DNA of 64,000 bases from Girardia tigrina (lineage: Eukaryota). The translations under genes and the position numbers were made by a program. Position 1 is the stretch's first letter. Every line of letters begins with the position of its first letter. Of this stretch, positions 13,391 through 26,639 are shown piece by piece. The notes under the pieces were generated by a model. The model had not been told where the DNA came from, made no database searches, and worked only from the letters and a program-made list of their open reading frames with translations. The stretch covers positions 6,352 to 70,351 of the forward strand of contig MQRK01223826.1 in the NCBI GenBank assembly GCA_001938485.1, in the 5' to 3' direction.

Positions 13391-14079
13391 TGGCTGATGT
13401 TTAGAATATTTTTTATACATATTTTAATGTTGTATAATGCTCATTATTTACAATCAATACCAAGATTTTACAAAAATCAATCGTATCTTTACGTTTCAAA
13501 CTTGAAACTATTCGAACCACTGCTTAATTCTTCGTTTATATACTACATCATCTCTGTTAGAATCTTGGCGAAGGATAAAATTTTCGAATTTAATATCTAA
13601 ATATTTATATATGATAAATTAAAATCCGTTGATGAAAATCAAATTAAAATAGAAATTATTAAAGATCAAATTTTAAAAATCTAAAACAAAATTAATTTTC
13701 CAAAATAATATAATGTTTTAAAAATTGTTTAATTAGAAATAGTATTTTGTGTAATGTTTAAAAATTAATTGACTGAACACAAATATTAATATCAATTCAT
13801 AATTGAATTAAAAAATTTTTTTAAAAAAATTGCCGAATTCACGAATTCGGCAATTACACAAATTCGGCATAACATATGCATGTTATTGGTCTTTAAACAC
13901 TTTATTCTGAGAACTAATGCAAAAGTGAATTCTAATGAAAATAGGACACGAATTTCTGTTTAAAATAATACCTGCAAAAACAATTATTACTTTTGAATAA
14001 TCATATTTTGGTCTATTTATAAATAAGTATAGAAAATCTAAAATTCTACGGACATCAAATAAGAAAACAAGCACTAACA

Positions 14080-14290
14080 AAGGTTATGATAGAGGGAAGA
14101 GTGGAAGGAGAGAGACCAATAGGAAGACCAAATAGGCAATGGATAGATGGTTTAAAAGAATTGACTGGACTGAGTATGGAATATCTGAGAAAAGAAGCTA
14201 CAAATAGAGAGATGTGGCGAAGGCTTGTTTATAATTGGGTGCACCCACAGCCTAACGGCTAAGGTCAAAAAAGAAAGAAAAAAAAATAGA
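14080..14290 (+). mobile_element. RTE-type LINE 3' end with A-rich tail
   Basis: IEGRVEGERPIGRPNRQWIDGLKELTGLSMEYLRKEATNREMWRRLV, stop codon, then A-rich tail. Confidence 0.8.
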
Positions 14291-15637
14291 AAATAACAGT
14301 TACTTAAAAAATATTTTCTTCAATTTATACATATTTGCTTAAATTTTACAAATATTTTTTGATGATGACTCCAACAGTTTCTGTGAATTTCTATATAACC
14401 GTTTAATTACATATGGTTTTCAGACAAAAACTGAAGATCAAAGTTTTGAAAATAATTGTCTTGATAAAGACACGAGCAAAAGGTTTAGTAATCGAATACA
14501 GAATGATAACACTAGGTCTACTACGTGTAACATAAATTGCAGATTTTATATTATCTTAGACTGGAATATAAAATTCATATCAGTATTTAAGGTATTAAAA
14601 TATTTAGTCCTAGTAAACATTCAAACACTTGTTAAATGTAAGAAGACTTCAAGACATAAACATTTTTACCAAATTAATATTTACCATCAATGTTTAAAAT
14701 CTATTGATAATAATTATTATAGGGGGATCGAAAAACCGCGTCTTCAATAAAAAACATGCATATTTAAAAAGAATTATAATGAGTCCAAATTGTTACAAAT
14801 ATTATCTAGGTCTTGCTGACCATTCTCTTTTTCAGACTTCTTCTCTCACTCTAAGTGCACAAACTATACAGACTTCTTGCATTCGTCGCAGAGACAAAAC
14901 CCTTTCCTGCCACCAGGCATCCACCAGAAGAGAATCAATTTCAGTTGCTTTATAACCATTCTTCTTTAATGTAGCGAGAAATAAATTACAGTTCTCTAAT
15001 GACTCATTCATAATGTCACGCCTAAAATGGCTCTCACAAGTAGCATGAATAACCACAAAATATGCAAATAAAAAATCTAGATACGAAAAAAATATATTAA
15101 AATGTACTTGTGTTTGTAAATTAATAATCGCAAAAAAATCAATAATGGTAAAATAAATACAATAATCGAAAAATGCATTTTTTTTTAATCTAATGAAGAA
15201 GATTATACAAATATTATGGACGATATATTTAATATTTTTGATAATTATTTATATATTTATTATTTTTAATAATTATTTATCTTGTCGAAATAAACATTTT
15301 TTGTAAAATAACATTTGCAAACTGTCCACTTTGTTGTTCGAACTTGATTTTACACTATTTCGAATAAAAAGATCTTTAGCACTGAGACGTGGCAACGTGG
15401 AACATGTTTAATAAAGACCAAATATACAGAGATAGAGTAAAAGAATAAATAAAATGCAATTTGTGATCTCAGAAGAATGTACAAGAAGAATATATTCTAG
15501 ACTTTATCTATGAATTAAAAGAAATAAAAGAATTCACTAACAATTTTAAAAATTATAAGTTTTATCTTTACCTCATTTAGTCTTTTTTTTATATTTTACA
15601 CGAATATTTAAACAAATTAATTCAAATAACATATTAA

Positions 15638-15875
15638 CATTTAACCTGATAGAAGAGTCTTTTGGACTCTTATTTTATTAACCGTACGCAAATCAAAATA
15701 AAAATACTAATTCAAATTCAATATTTTAGCACTTTTTTTTAACTAATCATGAATTTTATTATAAGAATGTTCGAATTTTCAAGGATTTCTTATGTATACA
15801 TTCAATTTTCAGCTTAAGAGTCCTTCGGACTCTTCTATCGGTTTATGTTACAAAAACATTCTATCAAGTTAAAGG
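15638..15875. mobile_element. TTAA-flanked piggyBac-like MITE
   Basis: TTAA|CATTTAACCTGATAGAA ... TTCTATCAAGTTAAAGG|TTAA; inverted subterminal palindromes AAGAGTC-N-GACTCTT at both ends. Confidence 0.7.
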
Positions 15876-16993
15876 TTAAATATTGACAACAAATTTCGGT
15901 CAGTCAGAGCAAACCGAGGATCTATAAGATCAGTAATCAATTTTTTATTATTATTTAATTTTACTTATACATCATTGTATTATAATTATCATAATTATAA
16001 TTGTCCCATAATATATTGGCAAGAATAAATATTTTTTAAATAGAAATTTATTTCACATAGACATTTAAAACAAATGAATAACAACAATAATATGATAATT
16101 TTTCAACAATATTATCATTTCATTAAGTTTTTTTATTTTTCTTGATTATTTAATTTTTTAAAAAATTAAATTACTATTTTGTTTAATTCGATATTAAATA
16201 ATTAACTGAATTCATTGTCCAATAAATACGGAACTCAGAGTTGCTGGGAGGCTTTGGTGTGATGCTTGGTTATACTCACTGATTGCCCTGTTGGCGAGGG
16301 ACGTAATGAAGCCTTTATAACTGTGAGGCCGTATAGGTAATTGTACAATTAAGTCGCGATTATTTTCCTAGTTCGCATTTTTTCGTGAAGACAATGGAAA
16401 TTGATGAATACATAGAACCACTACTCAACATTAAATTTTTGGTGAAATTTAAAAAAAACTCACAGATAATTCATAAAATTTTGACAGTTGCTTATGTAAA
16501 TTCAAAGGAAACAGCTCTTTTCAAATGAAGGATGTAAGGATGAATCGTGTGCGTCTTATACGACCAAAAATATGTGGTGACGGATGGCTTTTGTATCACG
16601 AAAAGGTGCCAACTCATTCTGCAGTCATATTCGAGATTTAGCTCATTGTAATGTCTTTTTATTCCAAAAATACAAAAGGTTCATGTGGTGGCTGCACCGT
16701 GATGATGTGGAGGCGATAAAACGTGAAACAACGAGGCAGCTGAGAGTTTGACTTCTGATGACCTCCATGAATATAAAGATTTACAAGTATTTAATACTAG
16801 AGTTGACTTTAAGGACTTCTATGCATTACTAAGATATGAAAGACTCAAGGAATCTATTTAATATTTGTTGGTATTTTTACATATGTATCATTCATAGACG
16901 AGTAATTTGAAACAGTTTATTTTTAATTCATTTAGTAATTAAATCCAAACAGAATCTTAACAATAAATAGATCAAAATACACTTGATAAATAC

Positions 16994-17496
16994 CTGGTCA
17001 CAATTTCCATTATTAGACTTGCAAGGATTCTTTCTACAATTTTCTATAGAACCACCGGGCCGCTCATCCGACAAATCTCCACAATTGTTCTCGTTGTCAC
17101 AAACCTTCCTCATCGGTATACACGTGTTGTTTTTTACGCATTTAAATTCCTCCAGAGGATGACATTTCACTTCTGTGTCGGGTTTCGGACAGTCTAATTC
17201 ATCTGATTTATCCTTACAATCATCAAAACCGTCACACTTTTTCTCTGCTTCGTAACACGAATCACTTGATTTGCATTTATTCGGCTTGTATGCTGGACAT
17301 TTAAAATTCGGACAGTTTTCTTCATCTAAGTTCGTCCCTGCGCAGTCAAAAGAGCCATCACAGTACCAGTCCATTGATATACAAGTGGTGGTTGACTCCG
17401 CACCGCAGTAGAACTCGTGCGGAGGACAAATGGATGCAGTTTTTGTGACATTTTGCGTGGTTAAATCCGGAATTTTGTCTTTAGTTTTGTTTGGTC
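16994..17496 (-). CDS. LDL-receptor-family gene, exon with linker, three LDLa repeats and start of EGF-A
   Basis: attag|...CAG|gtattt; CPPHEFYC...WYCDGSFDC...CDGFDDCKDKSDE...CDNENNCGDLSDE...NPCKSNNGNCDQ. Confidence 0.93.
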
Positions 17497-18025
17497 CTAA
17501 TATGAGAGAAATTCATGATATTTTTATAGCGAAATAGTTATATTTACTTTCAATTAATTTTAATTTATAAAAGTGTAATATTTAAAATAATGATTAAATA
17601 TCATTTGTAGGTAAAATTAATACTACTCAAACAAACATATCCATTGTACAATATATTTTATAATAATATTTCGACGATTCTACCGATATTTTCAGGAATC
17701 TGGCATTTTATTTTTTTCCCTGCTTCATCTCCTTTTGCAAACAAATGATCAAAGAAATTCAGTGAAATAAAAATAAATATGTCTTCTATATACACGATAA
17801 ATCATTTACAAACACCATGGAAAATGAAGGCAAGGTATTTAAAATTTTTTTTCTTATGAAAATACTTGTTTATGATCATGGAACCGATCACATGCGACTT
17901 TTCGTATTGAAATGGAACAGATGGAAAAAATAAAATGGAAAAAGTTGGCAAAATTTAAAAATTTGAAGTTTTTGGAATTGAAAATGGTTGAAAAAGTTAT
18001 TTTAAAATCACTATCACATTATACA

Positions 18026-18063
<38 letters not shown>

Positions 18064-18067
<4 letters not shown>

Positions 18068-18314
18068 GTTGAGGAATAAGTTCCCACCGTTTTTTGAAAA
18101 ATTAAAATTTTATTTTTTAACAAAAAAGTTACTACAAATTAATTACAAATATAATCTCCGCCATTGTTCTCGACTTCTTCCCAACGTTCAACGAGTTTTT
18201 CAATGCCTCTTTTGTAGAAATCGCCCGGTCTTGACTCAAAAATTGATTAAAATTGATTGACTAAATATTGATTAAAAATTCAAAAAAACGGCGGAAACTC
18301 ATTCCTCAACCTAA
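18064..18314. mobile_element. mariner-derived MITE
   Basis: TA|TTGGGTTGAGGAATAAGTTCCCACCGTTTTTT ... AAAAAACGGCGGAAACTCATTCCTCAACCTAA|TA. Confidence 0.85.
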
Positions 18315-19150
18315 TATATATATACAGGGTGGCCCAATGGGTACGCAGCTTCTAATTTTTGCATTTTCTAATAAATGGATGGATTAAAAATAATGTTCGA
18401 CTAATTAAAATGAAATAATCTTTAAATAAAAAATTTAAGTTTATAGATAATATTTTTTACTAATTAAAATAAGATTAACATTAANNNNNNNNNNNNNNNN
18501 NNNNNNNNNNNNNNNNNNNNNNNNNNNNNNNNNNATATATATATATATATATATTACTTTCCAATTTGTTAATTACTGTTTTCTTCTACTCTCATTTGGT
18601 TCTTTCTCATAGCAAATAAATTATCTTTCTAACCAAATTGTTGAGATGAAATGAAAAAAAGCACGAGGCGACCGACAATGAAAACCAATTTTACAGCAGT
18701 TTTATATTGCCTTCCCAATTGGACAAAACTGAAGCCTTCAATCGAAATACCTTATCACAAGAAATAATCCCTGCTCATATTCTTATTCATAGTCAACATA
18801 ACAGTTGAAAGGAACAATATAAAATGAAATTGTGGTCTTAAAAGATTTCAATAAGAGGAGTAGGGGTACTTTCGAAAAAGGAACTCATATAAGTGTTTGA
18901 CCAGTTCATCTTACATAATCTATAAAACAAGTTGCTCTAATATCAAACATAACTGACCGTTCTTCCAGGTGGAATGACATCCGAGTTGCAGTATCTAGAT
19001 GCTAGCATCAATTTGCCATTAAAACATTAATCGAAAGGCCAAGTAACTTATTGACTTACACTGTTATTTTTTGAGAAGATAATGAATCAATGTATATAGT
19101 GTTTTCACTCTAAATTGGAACTTTCATTTATTTTTATACATTATATATTA

Positions 19151-19412
19151 TTAGGTTGTTGCAAAAGCAATGTAGGTCTTTGAACCTAAACTTTAAACAA
19201 ATGTAACTCAACACAGAATAAACTTGATTAATCGAAATGAAAACCATCAAAATCAATACATTTTTGCCAACGCGAAACAAGTTTATTGATGCTCCTAGTG
19301 TAGAACTCCTGAGTTCTGGATGCGATGAAAGCGTTAAAGGTGTCTGGCTTCATCTTAGGTTTTGAAGCATTTTTCCTGGAGGAAGTTGTGCAGATGCTTG
19401 AAAAAATGGTCC
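19151..19412 (-). mobile_element. mariner 3' fragment (same family as 42573-45055)
   Basis: TTAGGTTGTTGCAAAAGCAATG terminus and interior match 42573-42815. Confidence 0.8.
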
Positions 19413-19807
19413 GGTGTGTAATTTAATTTTTCAAATATGTTGCCATATGGCAACAATGGGCTGGAAAGGGTTAAACATTACAAATTATAATTAAATTAAA
19501 TTAATTATAGATAATTACAATCATAATATTTATCAGTCATCTGAGTAGAAGAGAAAACCCAAATCAACCCACAACCTTCAAACATGAAAACATCAAATAT
19601 GCAAAACATTCCTCACAATAAATATATAATTTAATTGATAATGTTCTGGATTCCAGAAATTCATCCTTCAGAATTTGAAACATATTTCAAATCATTAATT
19701 CTTTTATAAAAAACTTGATTTTTTATCAATAAAAACAAATAAAATCACATATTCCTGGGGACGAAATTTTTAGATCCTTAAATAATAAATAATAAATCAG
19801 TGCTTAC

Positions 19808-20077
19808 TTGAGCAATTGATCTCATCGCTTTTGTCGAGACAATCTGGTGTTCCGTCACAGTAGTAAATGCGCGAGATGCACCACAACTTGCTTGCACATC
19901 TGAAAGAATTACTGTCACACTCGACTACGGCGGACTTGCTCGCCATTTCGCACGCTTCCGGGGACTCGTCTGACTTGTCCTGACAGTCATCCAAGGTATC
20001 GCATACTTTATTTCGACTGATACAATTCATCGGTTTCGTTTTACACATAAACTCGTCTGACGCACATTTATTCTTTT
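19808..20077 (-). CDS. LDL-receptor-family gene, exon with two LDLa repeats
   Basis: tacag|...A|gtaagc; KCASDEFMCKTKPMNCISRNKVCDTLDDCQDKSDE...CDSNSFRC...CDGTPDCLDKSDEINC; 270 nt, phase kept. Confidence 0.92.
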
Positions 20078-20703
20078 CTGTATTATTATTACGATTACTT
20101 GTACGTAATTTTATATTAGTGTAGATAATTTTATTATCAACGTTATTTTTAGTTTAAAATGTAATTTAACATTTCTTGTGAATGAATGAAAATATTGAAT
20201 CGGTTCGTTCATTGAAAGACTAAAATTCTTCAAACAAAACTATAAATGGAATTATTTTATTTTGGATCATCGAAATGGACAGAATTCTAGGACGAGCTAC
20301 CACAATGCCTTCACGCATAATGATTATAGTTACTTTCCCAATTTTTATTTAATGTCTACTTATACTCTCGTTTTGTCTATTTGGAAGAAAAATAATTTAC
20401 CTTTTTACAAAAACTTTTGAGATGAATGAATACTAACATGATACAGTCAGACGACCGGCAATGAAAAAACTATTTAAAAGCAATTTTATGTTACCTTGTG
20501 GATTTGACAAAACGAGAGTCCATGTTAATCTTCAAACGGAAGACCATGCCGAAAGAAAATACCCCCTTGAAAATAGCTTTAGATATTTATTTATTCTATG
20601 TATCTCAACAACCATGAAGGATTTAAATGATTTATAAAATTTTTATTTCCAACTAGAAATTCGCATATGAAGACTTAAAAAAAGACCAAAAAATTTTTTC
20701 GTG

Positions 20704-21066
20704 TACAAGCTTTTATAAATTGTCATTTGTTTGCGGTTCTGTATCTATTTCACCCACTTACCACATTTTTTGGACTGAATTATCAAAGCCTACTAGGCGA
20801 AAACCCGCTTTCTATTTGCATTTAGATGTAGCAAATTTCAAAGCCTACTACTGAGGAAAACATGAGAACGACACTTTAATTACTTTTTGCGGCCAAACTA
20901 AAGGCGGTAGATGAGCAGTGAAAAAGTGTATTGTCACCTGGAATACATCAGTCCTGAAAGTTTCATGTCGCTAGGTGAACGGGAAATGGGTGAATTTTCG
21001 ATCGCAAGATTTGATGCATCCAGACAGACAGACAGACAAATGAAACGTAATAAAAGCTTGTAAAAA
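20704..21066 (-). mobile_element. HINE/DINE-1-like non-autonomous element
   Basis: Inverted TACAAGCTTTTAT / ATAAAAGCTTGTA; (CAGA)n microsatellite; core related to 46017-46130. Confidence 0.55.
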
Positions 21067-22156
21067 CATTTTTAATGATATGGCAGTAATTAGAATTTTT
21101 ACATTAAATAACATTAAAAATGTGTTGAAATATCCGCCGTTATTCACGATGCAAAATTTACAGTTAGAAAGGGGTACGTGCTCAAGAATAGGAAACACAA
21201 CTGATTATTTTAGTTTTTTCGCATCTTTTAAGGAGTTTGACTTTGATGTAGACATTGGATTCGATTGAATAATTTAATTAATAAAAGAAATATTTCGGTT
21301 GGAAAAATCAATCATATAAATATTTCTAAATTAGAGACAAATATATTTTAGGCACAAATAATATATTCACACAATGATAATCAAAAATCATGGACAAATC
21401 ATTTATACACTCATTTTAAATAAAACACACCATACAATTTAATTATGAATATTCAAATAAATTTTTTTATTTATTTTTTTTAATTAATAAAGTTCTTGAA
21501 TTGAAATAATTGTTTATCGTGATTACTTCGATTTCTTTTCCAACAATCGTCTCAAACTTTCATCGAATTGAGATAATATTTGGGGTAAAAAAATGGGCAC
21601 TGCATGAATAGAATTTACAACGGCATGGTGCAGGAATTCAGGATGTGGAAGGCCTAAAGCATTGCAAGCATCATATATACGGATTTTGAGACCACATAAA
21701 GATGTTTGATAGTGTGAAAGATACACCTGTGATTTGATGTATACTCATAAACAGAAATCATAGGTTGATAAATGTGGACTATAGGTTGTTGCTGATAACC
21801 AAGACATAGATGATGAATCTCCAATAACTTATTGATGGACTTGAGCCAGCCCCCTTTCACATAAATATGAAATTATTAATGGCACATTCATTAAAGTTAT
21901 CCCTTAGAAGAAACAGATATTTTATAACATTGATTGTGACAGTTCGCCCGTTCGAAAGTTTGCTTAAAAAAAGAGAAACATAAATAGAGATCGAAATGAA
22001 ACAAATTCAAACTCTTAATCTTGAAATGTGCAAACTAAACTTATCATAAACACGAAAGTTTTCTGTAATGAGGAATTTAACATTCTGCCTATTAAATGAA
22101 CAGTCCTGAAGAAAATGCAATTCGTCGGAGAATTTGATTAAAGTTTCTTTTATATA

Positions 22157-22202
22157 ATTATTGAACATGTTTCGATGTTACATACATCATCATCAGCAAT
22201 AT
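22157..22202 (-). ncRNA. Minimal type I hammerhead ribozyme
   Basis: Minus strand TATTG-CTGATGA-T-GATGT-ATGTA-ACATC-GAAA-CATG-TT/CAATA; GUU triplet. Confidence 0.75.
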
Positions 22203-22282
22203 TTGAAAATTTAGTATTTGAATATTTGAATCTTTTTAATAATATGATTTTAAAAAGTTTATTAATTTTAAATGAAAAAAAT

Positions 22283-22716
22283 TATATATATTATAAAAGC
22301 CCAAGTCACTCACTGCTTCACTAACGCTGACGTAGTTACTAAGAATAGATTTTATTGATTATTCATTGTAGTGAGTGTTTTATTAGAATCTAGACATTTT
22401 TTNNNNNNNNNNNNNNNNNNNNNNNNNNNNNNNNNNNNNNNNNNNNNNNNNNNNNNNNNNNNNNNNNNNNNNNNNNNNNNNNNNNNNNNNNNNNNNNNNN
22501 NNNNNNNNNNNNNNNNNNNNNNNNNNNNNNNNNNNNNNNNNNNNNNNNNNNNNNNNNNNNNNNNNNNNNNNNNNNNNNNNNNNNNNNNNNNNNNNNNNNN
22601 NNCCTTACAGCGTTAGTGAGGCAGTGAGGCAGGCAGTGAGTGACTTGGGCTTTTATAATATAAAAAAAATTGAACCCCCGGCAAGAGAGGGCCGCGAAGC
22701 GGGCCGAGCGCGCTAG
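22283..22716 (+). mobile_element. Non-autonomous Helitron-like element with asymmetric inverted repeats
   Basis: 5' TATATTATAAAAGCCCAAGTCACTCACTGC, its reverse complement at ~22633-22662, then hairpin + CTAG|T; interior is an N gap. Confidence 0.7.
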
Positions 22717-22834
22717 TATATGTATATGTATACATATGTTTTGAACTCCAAATTCATTTTTTAGCCATCAAATTCATATATTAAAGAAATTAAAACTTTA
22801 AGATTTTTAATTTTGAAATCATTTGTTTAGCTTA

Positions 22835-23240
22835 TAAGTTTCCCCCGACTGAATGGATAACTGTGTATTGTAGAGACTACAGTACCAGCACTCACTACAG
22901 ATTAGTGAGTCATAGACTCTGTATCGGGTAGAAACTATAAGTAGACAATACAGAGCCTACTGACTTTCTCTCACGGCTTTAGATGCAAGAATGCGAGCTT
23001 TCAGTGCACAAGCACGCTTCGGTTTCCCAGTCAGAAAGGACCAGTCATGATCCCTCGTACCGTGATTCTGTAAAGCTTTGGCTGTATAAACACGTTTCGT
23101 ACAATGAGTAAAGGGACACTTAAATATCCCTACATCATTTGTATTACTTAACCCTTGGAATCACTCCTGGATCCGTCTCCGCGGTACCGTCGAGGGGCAC
23201 TAACACATCATGCATCGTGATCGGGTTCGAGGATTTTGTA
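22835..23240 (-). mobile_element. Probable LINE 3' fragment with C-terminal C2H2 zinc finger
   Basis: GIFKCPFTHCTKRVYTAKALQNHGTRDH then stop; resembles KGKFQCPFRGC in the LINE tail at ~29400. Confidence 0.5.
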
Positions 23241-23750
23241 CATCCTTTATCTACGTTATTTTGTGAAACACTATTACTACTGGTACGGCCTTAGGTTTGG
23301 TGATCGATCAATAAATGTCTCTTTAACCATCCATCCGTTTTATACGTCTTGTGGCAATTTTCCATGGGACACTGGAAAGATTTGTCACCATTCTGTCGCT
23401 GCAGCGTCGTGACCGACTGCACGTTTTTTTGTTTAGCTTAAATATTTGTCACAAAATTTTAAATTTTAAAGTAAATTATTTGTTTAAACTTAATTATTTA
23501 AATAAAAAAAATAAAGTAACAAATAGAATGGATTGTTTGTCTACTGGAGAATCAAGTTCATTGTAAAATATTATGAATGTAAAATATTCCTCACACTTGG
23601 TATTAAAACAGGATTTTTAATTGTTATTTTATGTCAATCCTCTCTCAGTATCGAGATATCTGATCAGCAATTTAGTTTACATTCTTATACATTGCCGTAG
23701 CTCTTCGGAAATTATTTTTCCAAAAAAAAATTAAAATAAATAAATTTTAC

Positions 23751-23855
23751 CGCAAATTTTTGGATTTTCATCATCAGAACAATCATTATTTCCATCACAG
23801 AGTTGTGATTTCGGGATCTGAACAGTGTCATTGCACGTGAACAAATCGACTGTAT
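23751..23855 (-). CDS. LDL-receptor-family gene, exon (atypical LDLa repeat)
   Basis: Follows a 55-nt GT-AG intron (23856-23910); DTVDLFTCNDTVQIPKSQLCDGNNDCSDDENPKIC; phase-1 junctions consistent. Confidence 0.85.
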
Positions 23856-23910
23856 CTGACACAAAAACAATCATAAAATTTGGGTAATTTACCCAATTAA
23901 TCATATATAC

Positions 23911-24018
23911 CGCAAATTTCATCAGAATTATCGCCACAATCATCGGCCCCATTACATTTTAACGTTGACGGGATACATTTGGTATTTGAACAACGAAATT
24001 CGTATCTTCTGCAGCGGT
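23911..24018 (-). CDS. LDL-receptor-family gene, exon with first visible LDLa repeat
   Basis: ttcag|A...TGCG|gtatat; translates [35 protein letters not shown]. An alternative acceptor ~35 nt upstream is possible, so the 5' boundary and start exon are uncertain. Confidence 0.85.
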
Positions 24019-24747
24019 CTGAATCGATACAACGAGTCATAAAAATTATGCCCTATGTGATAATTGTTCTATAAAGATAAAGTTGCGGTTATAAGTTAAA
24101 TATTAAGTCTTTGAAAGCCATTTTCTGAATGAATTTTCTTTCGGTAAAATTAAATAAAACATGAAAGGTATAGCAAAATCTATGCTTCGAAATATCGATA
24201 TTTTGAGGAATCACTTCAGTCAAAATAATAAGAGATGCCAACATGTTTTAATTTGATCAAAAAATAAAAATACAAAGTTTTAAAATATTGAAATTTTTTA
24301 TACTTTTATTTAAAAGTTTTAAAAAATTCCATTTGTATTATTATATAATATATAATTATAAAATATAATTATTATATTATATACAAGGTAGATTTGAGTT
24401 CATTGTTGTACTTTTTATTTAGAAATTAAGAAGATAATTAAAATAAAATACTTAAGTAATATTTTATGTCGTTAAGAAAAGTGCATTTCTGTTTATTAAG
24501 TTATGTTAAATAGAAATATGTACTGTTTCTAATGTAGTTAAGAAGATATTTGAATAATGGTAATCATCTTAGATATTATCCATCATTATTCAACTACTCC
24601 AAAATTTTTGAAGGCAAAACAGTAGGCGACAGCAGTAGATGATACAATAAATTTAGAAATAATTTCCCGTACCCAAAAAATTGAAAGTATGTTTAGTAAT
24701 AAATCTTCAACACCGTTAGGATTGTATTCGGATCTCATTTACCAATA

Positions 24748-26093
24748 TTAGGTGTACAAGTATGAAATGCGGATTAAATTTTGAAAAGAAATACGTTAAA
24801 AACAAAAGAACGATAAAAAAAGCTTTATTCAAAATATGCTCCATTACTAATGATACATTTGTCCCATCTATATCTCAAATTGTGGATACCTCGCCAGTAA
24901 AAGTCTTCCTTTTTTTCCATGAACCATTCATCGACCCATTTTTGCACATTTTCGTAAGAATCAAAGCGCTGCTGCGCAAGTGCGTGACCCATCGATGCAA
25001 ACAAATGGTAATCTGAAGGAGCCAAGTCTGGTGAATAAGCGCATGAGGTAAAACTTGCCAATTTATTTCCTCCAACATGGCACGAACCGGTTTTGATGTA
25101 TGTGACGAAGCGTTGTCATGGAGAAGAATAACCTTGTGTTGCCTTTTGAGGTATTCAGGTCTTTTTTGAAGCAGCGAACGGTTNNNNNNNNNNNNNNNNN
25201 NNNNNNNNNNNNNNNNNNNNNNNNNNNNNNNNNNNNNNNNNNNNNNNNNNNNNNNNNNNNNNNNNNNNNNNNNNNNNNNNNNNNNNNNNNNNNNNNNNNN
25301 NNNNNNNNNNNNNNNNNNNNNNNNNNNNNNNNNNNNNNNNNNNNNNNNNNNNNNNNNNNNNNNNNNNNNNNNNNNNNNNNNNNNNNNNNNNNNNNNNNNN
25401 NNNNNNNNNNNNNNNNNNNNNNNNNNNNNNNNNNNNNNNNNNNNNNNNNNNNNNNNNNNNNNNNNNNNNNNNNNNNNNNNNNNNNNNNNNNNNNNNNNNN
25501 NNNNNNNNNNNNNNNNNNNNNNNNNNNNNNNNNNNNNNNNNNNNNNNNNNNNNNNNNNNNNNNNNNNNNNNNNNNNNNNNNNNNNNNNNNNNNNNNNNNN
25601 NNNNNNNNNNNNNNNNNNNNNNNNNNNNNNNNNNNNNNNNNNNNNNNNNNNNNNNNNNNNNNNNNNNNNNNNNNNNNNNNNNNNNNNNNNNNNNNNNNNN
25701 NNNNNNNNNNNNNNNNNNNNNNNNNNNNNNNNNNNNNNNNNNNNNNNNNNNNNNNNNNNNNNNNNNNNNNNNNNNNNNNNNNNNNNNNNNNNNNNNNNNN
25801 NNNNNNNNNNNNNNNNNNNNNNNNNNNNNNNNNNNNNNNNNNNNNNNNNNNNNNNNNNNNNNNNNNNNNNNNNNNNNNNNNNNNNNNNNNNNNNNNNNNN
25901 NNNNNNNNNNNNNNNNNNNNNNNNNNNNNNNNNNNNNNNNNNNNNNNNNNNNNNNNNNNNNNNNNNNNNNNNNNNNNNATGAGACACTACATAATTACTC
26001 AATATTATGACATCATTGACTAACCATTGACCTACTTTTTGCATTGTGCACAATCCGTTTTCTGAAATCCGCATTTCATACTTGTACACCTAA
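24748..26093 (-). mobile_element. Full-length-sized mariner element
   Basis: Perfect TIRs TTAGGTGTACAAGTATGAAATGCGGATT; TA duplication confirmed by the empty site at 9956; LLHDNA and YSPDLAPSDYHLF motifs; centre is an N gap. Confidence 0.93.
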
Positions 26094-26442
26094 TATACAT
26101 GTAATAAGTGTGATGCCACATACTTTGGAGAGACTTCGCGTCATCTCTGTAAGAGAATCCAGGAACACAGTCGCAATGAAGGTGGAAGAATTATTGCTGG
26201 ACAGTAAACATTGCAAAAGGGAGATAAACATCCTTAACTTTAAAATTCTGTGCACTCAATTTAAGAATTATTGGGAGAGAGTGACATGTGAAGCGTTATA
26301 TATAAGATCTTTGGATCCTAAAATTAACGTTCAAAATGCACTCTAAACAACTTTATTGAGGGTTTTTAAAGGACTTATTGATGAAGTATTGACTACATAA
26401 TCATTTCCGGCAGTATATAAGTTCATTTCTTTTTTAAAAATC

Positions 26443-26489
26443 AGTTGTTCTGACGATGACGGCTAATCCGTCGAAAATAATAAACAATT
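26443..26489 (+). ncRNA. Minimal type I hammerhead ribozyme (PLE-associated)
   Basis: AGTTGTT-CTGACGA-T-GACGG-CTAAT-CCGTC-GAAA-ATAA-TA/AACAATT; paralog of the 10295 copy. Confidence 0.75.
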
Positions 26490-26639
26490 TTAATTGGCTT
26501 TCGAATTTTGATTTAAATGAATTGCCATTTTTTTAAAATTTATTTACAATTATTATAATTTGATAGTAACATCAACTTACAATTATTTTAATGTGTTTAA
26601 ATGTTTACCAAATATTGTTTTTGTATGGAATTTTATTAC

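Larger units (their letters stand above)
24655..26510 (+). mobile_element. Penelope-like 3' fragment interrupted by a mariner
   Basis: 24655-24747 plus 26094-26510 rebuild the uninterrupted copy at 9868-10360. Confidence 0.85.

Noticed and set aside
14800-15090. Possible piggyBac C-terminal remnant (CIVC motif)
   Set aside because: Single short motif and no termini found.
21500-21900. Possible CRE/R2-type non-LTR remnant (SWLSA...DFCL*V on the minus strand)
   Set aside because: Similarity too weak to call without a profile search.
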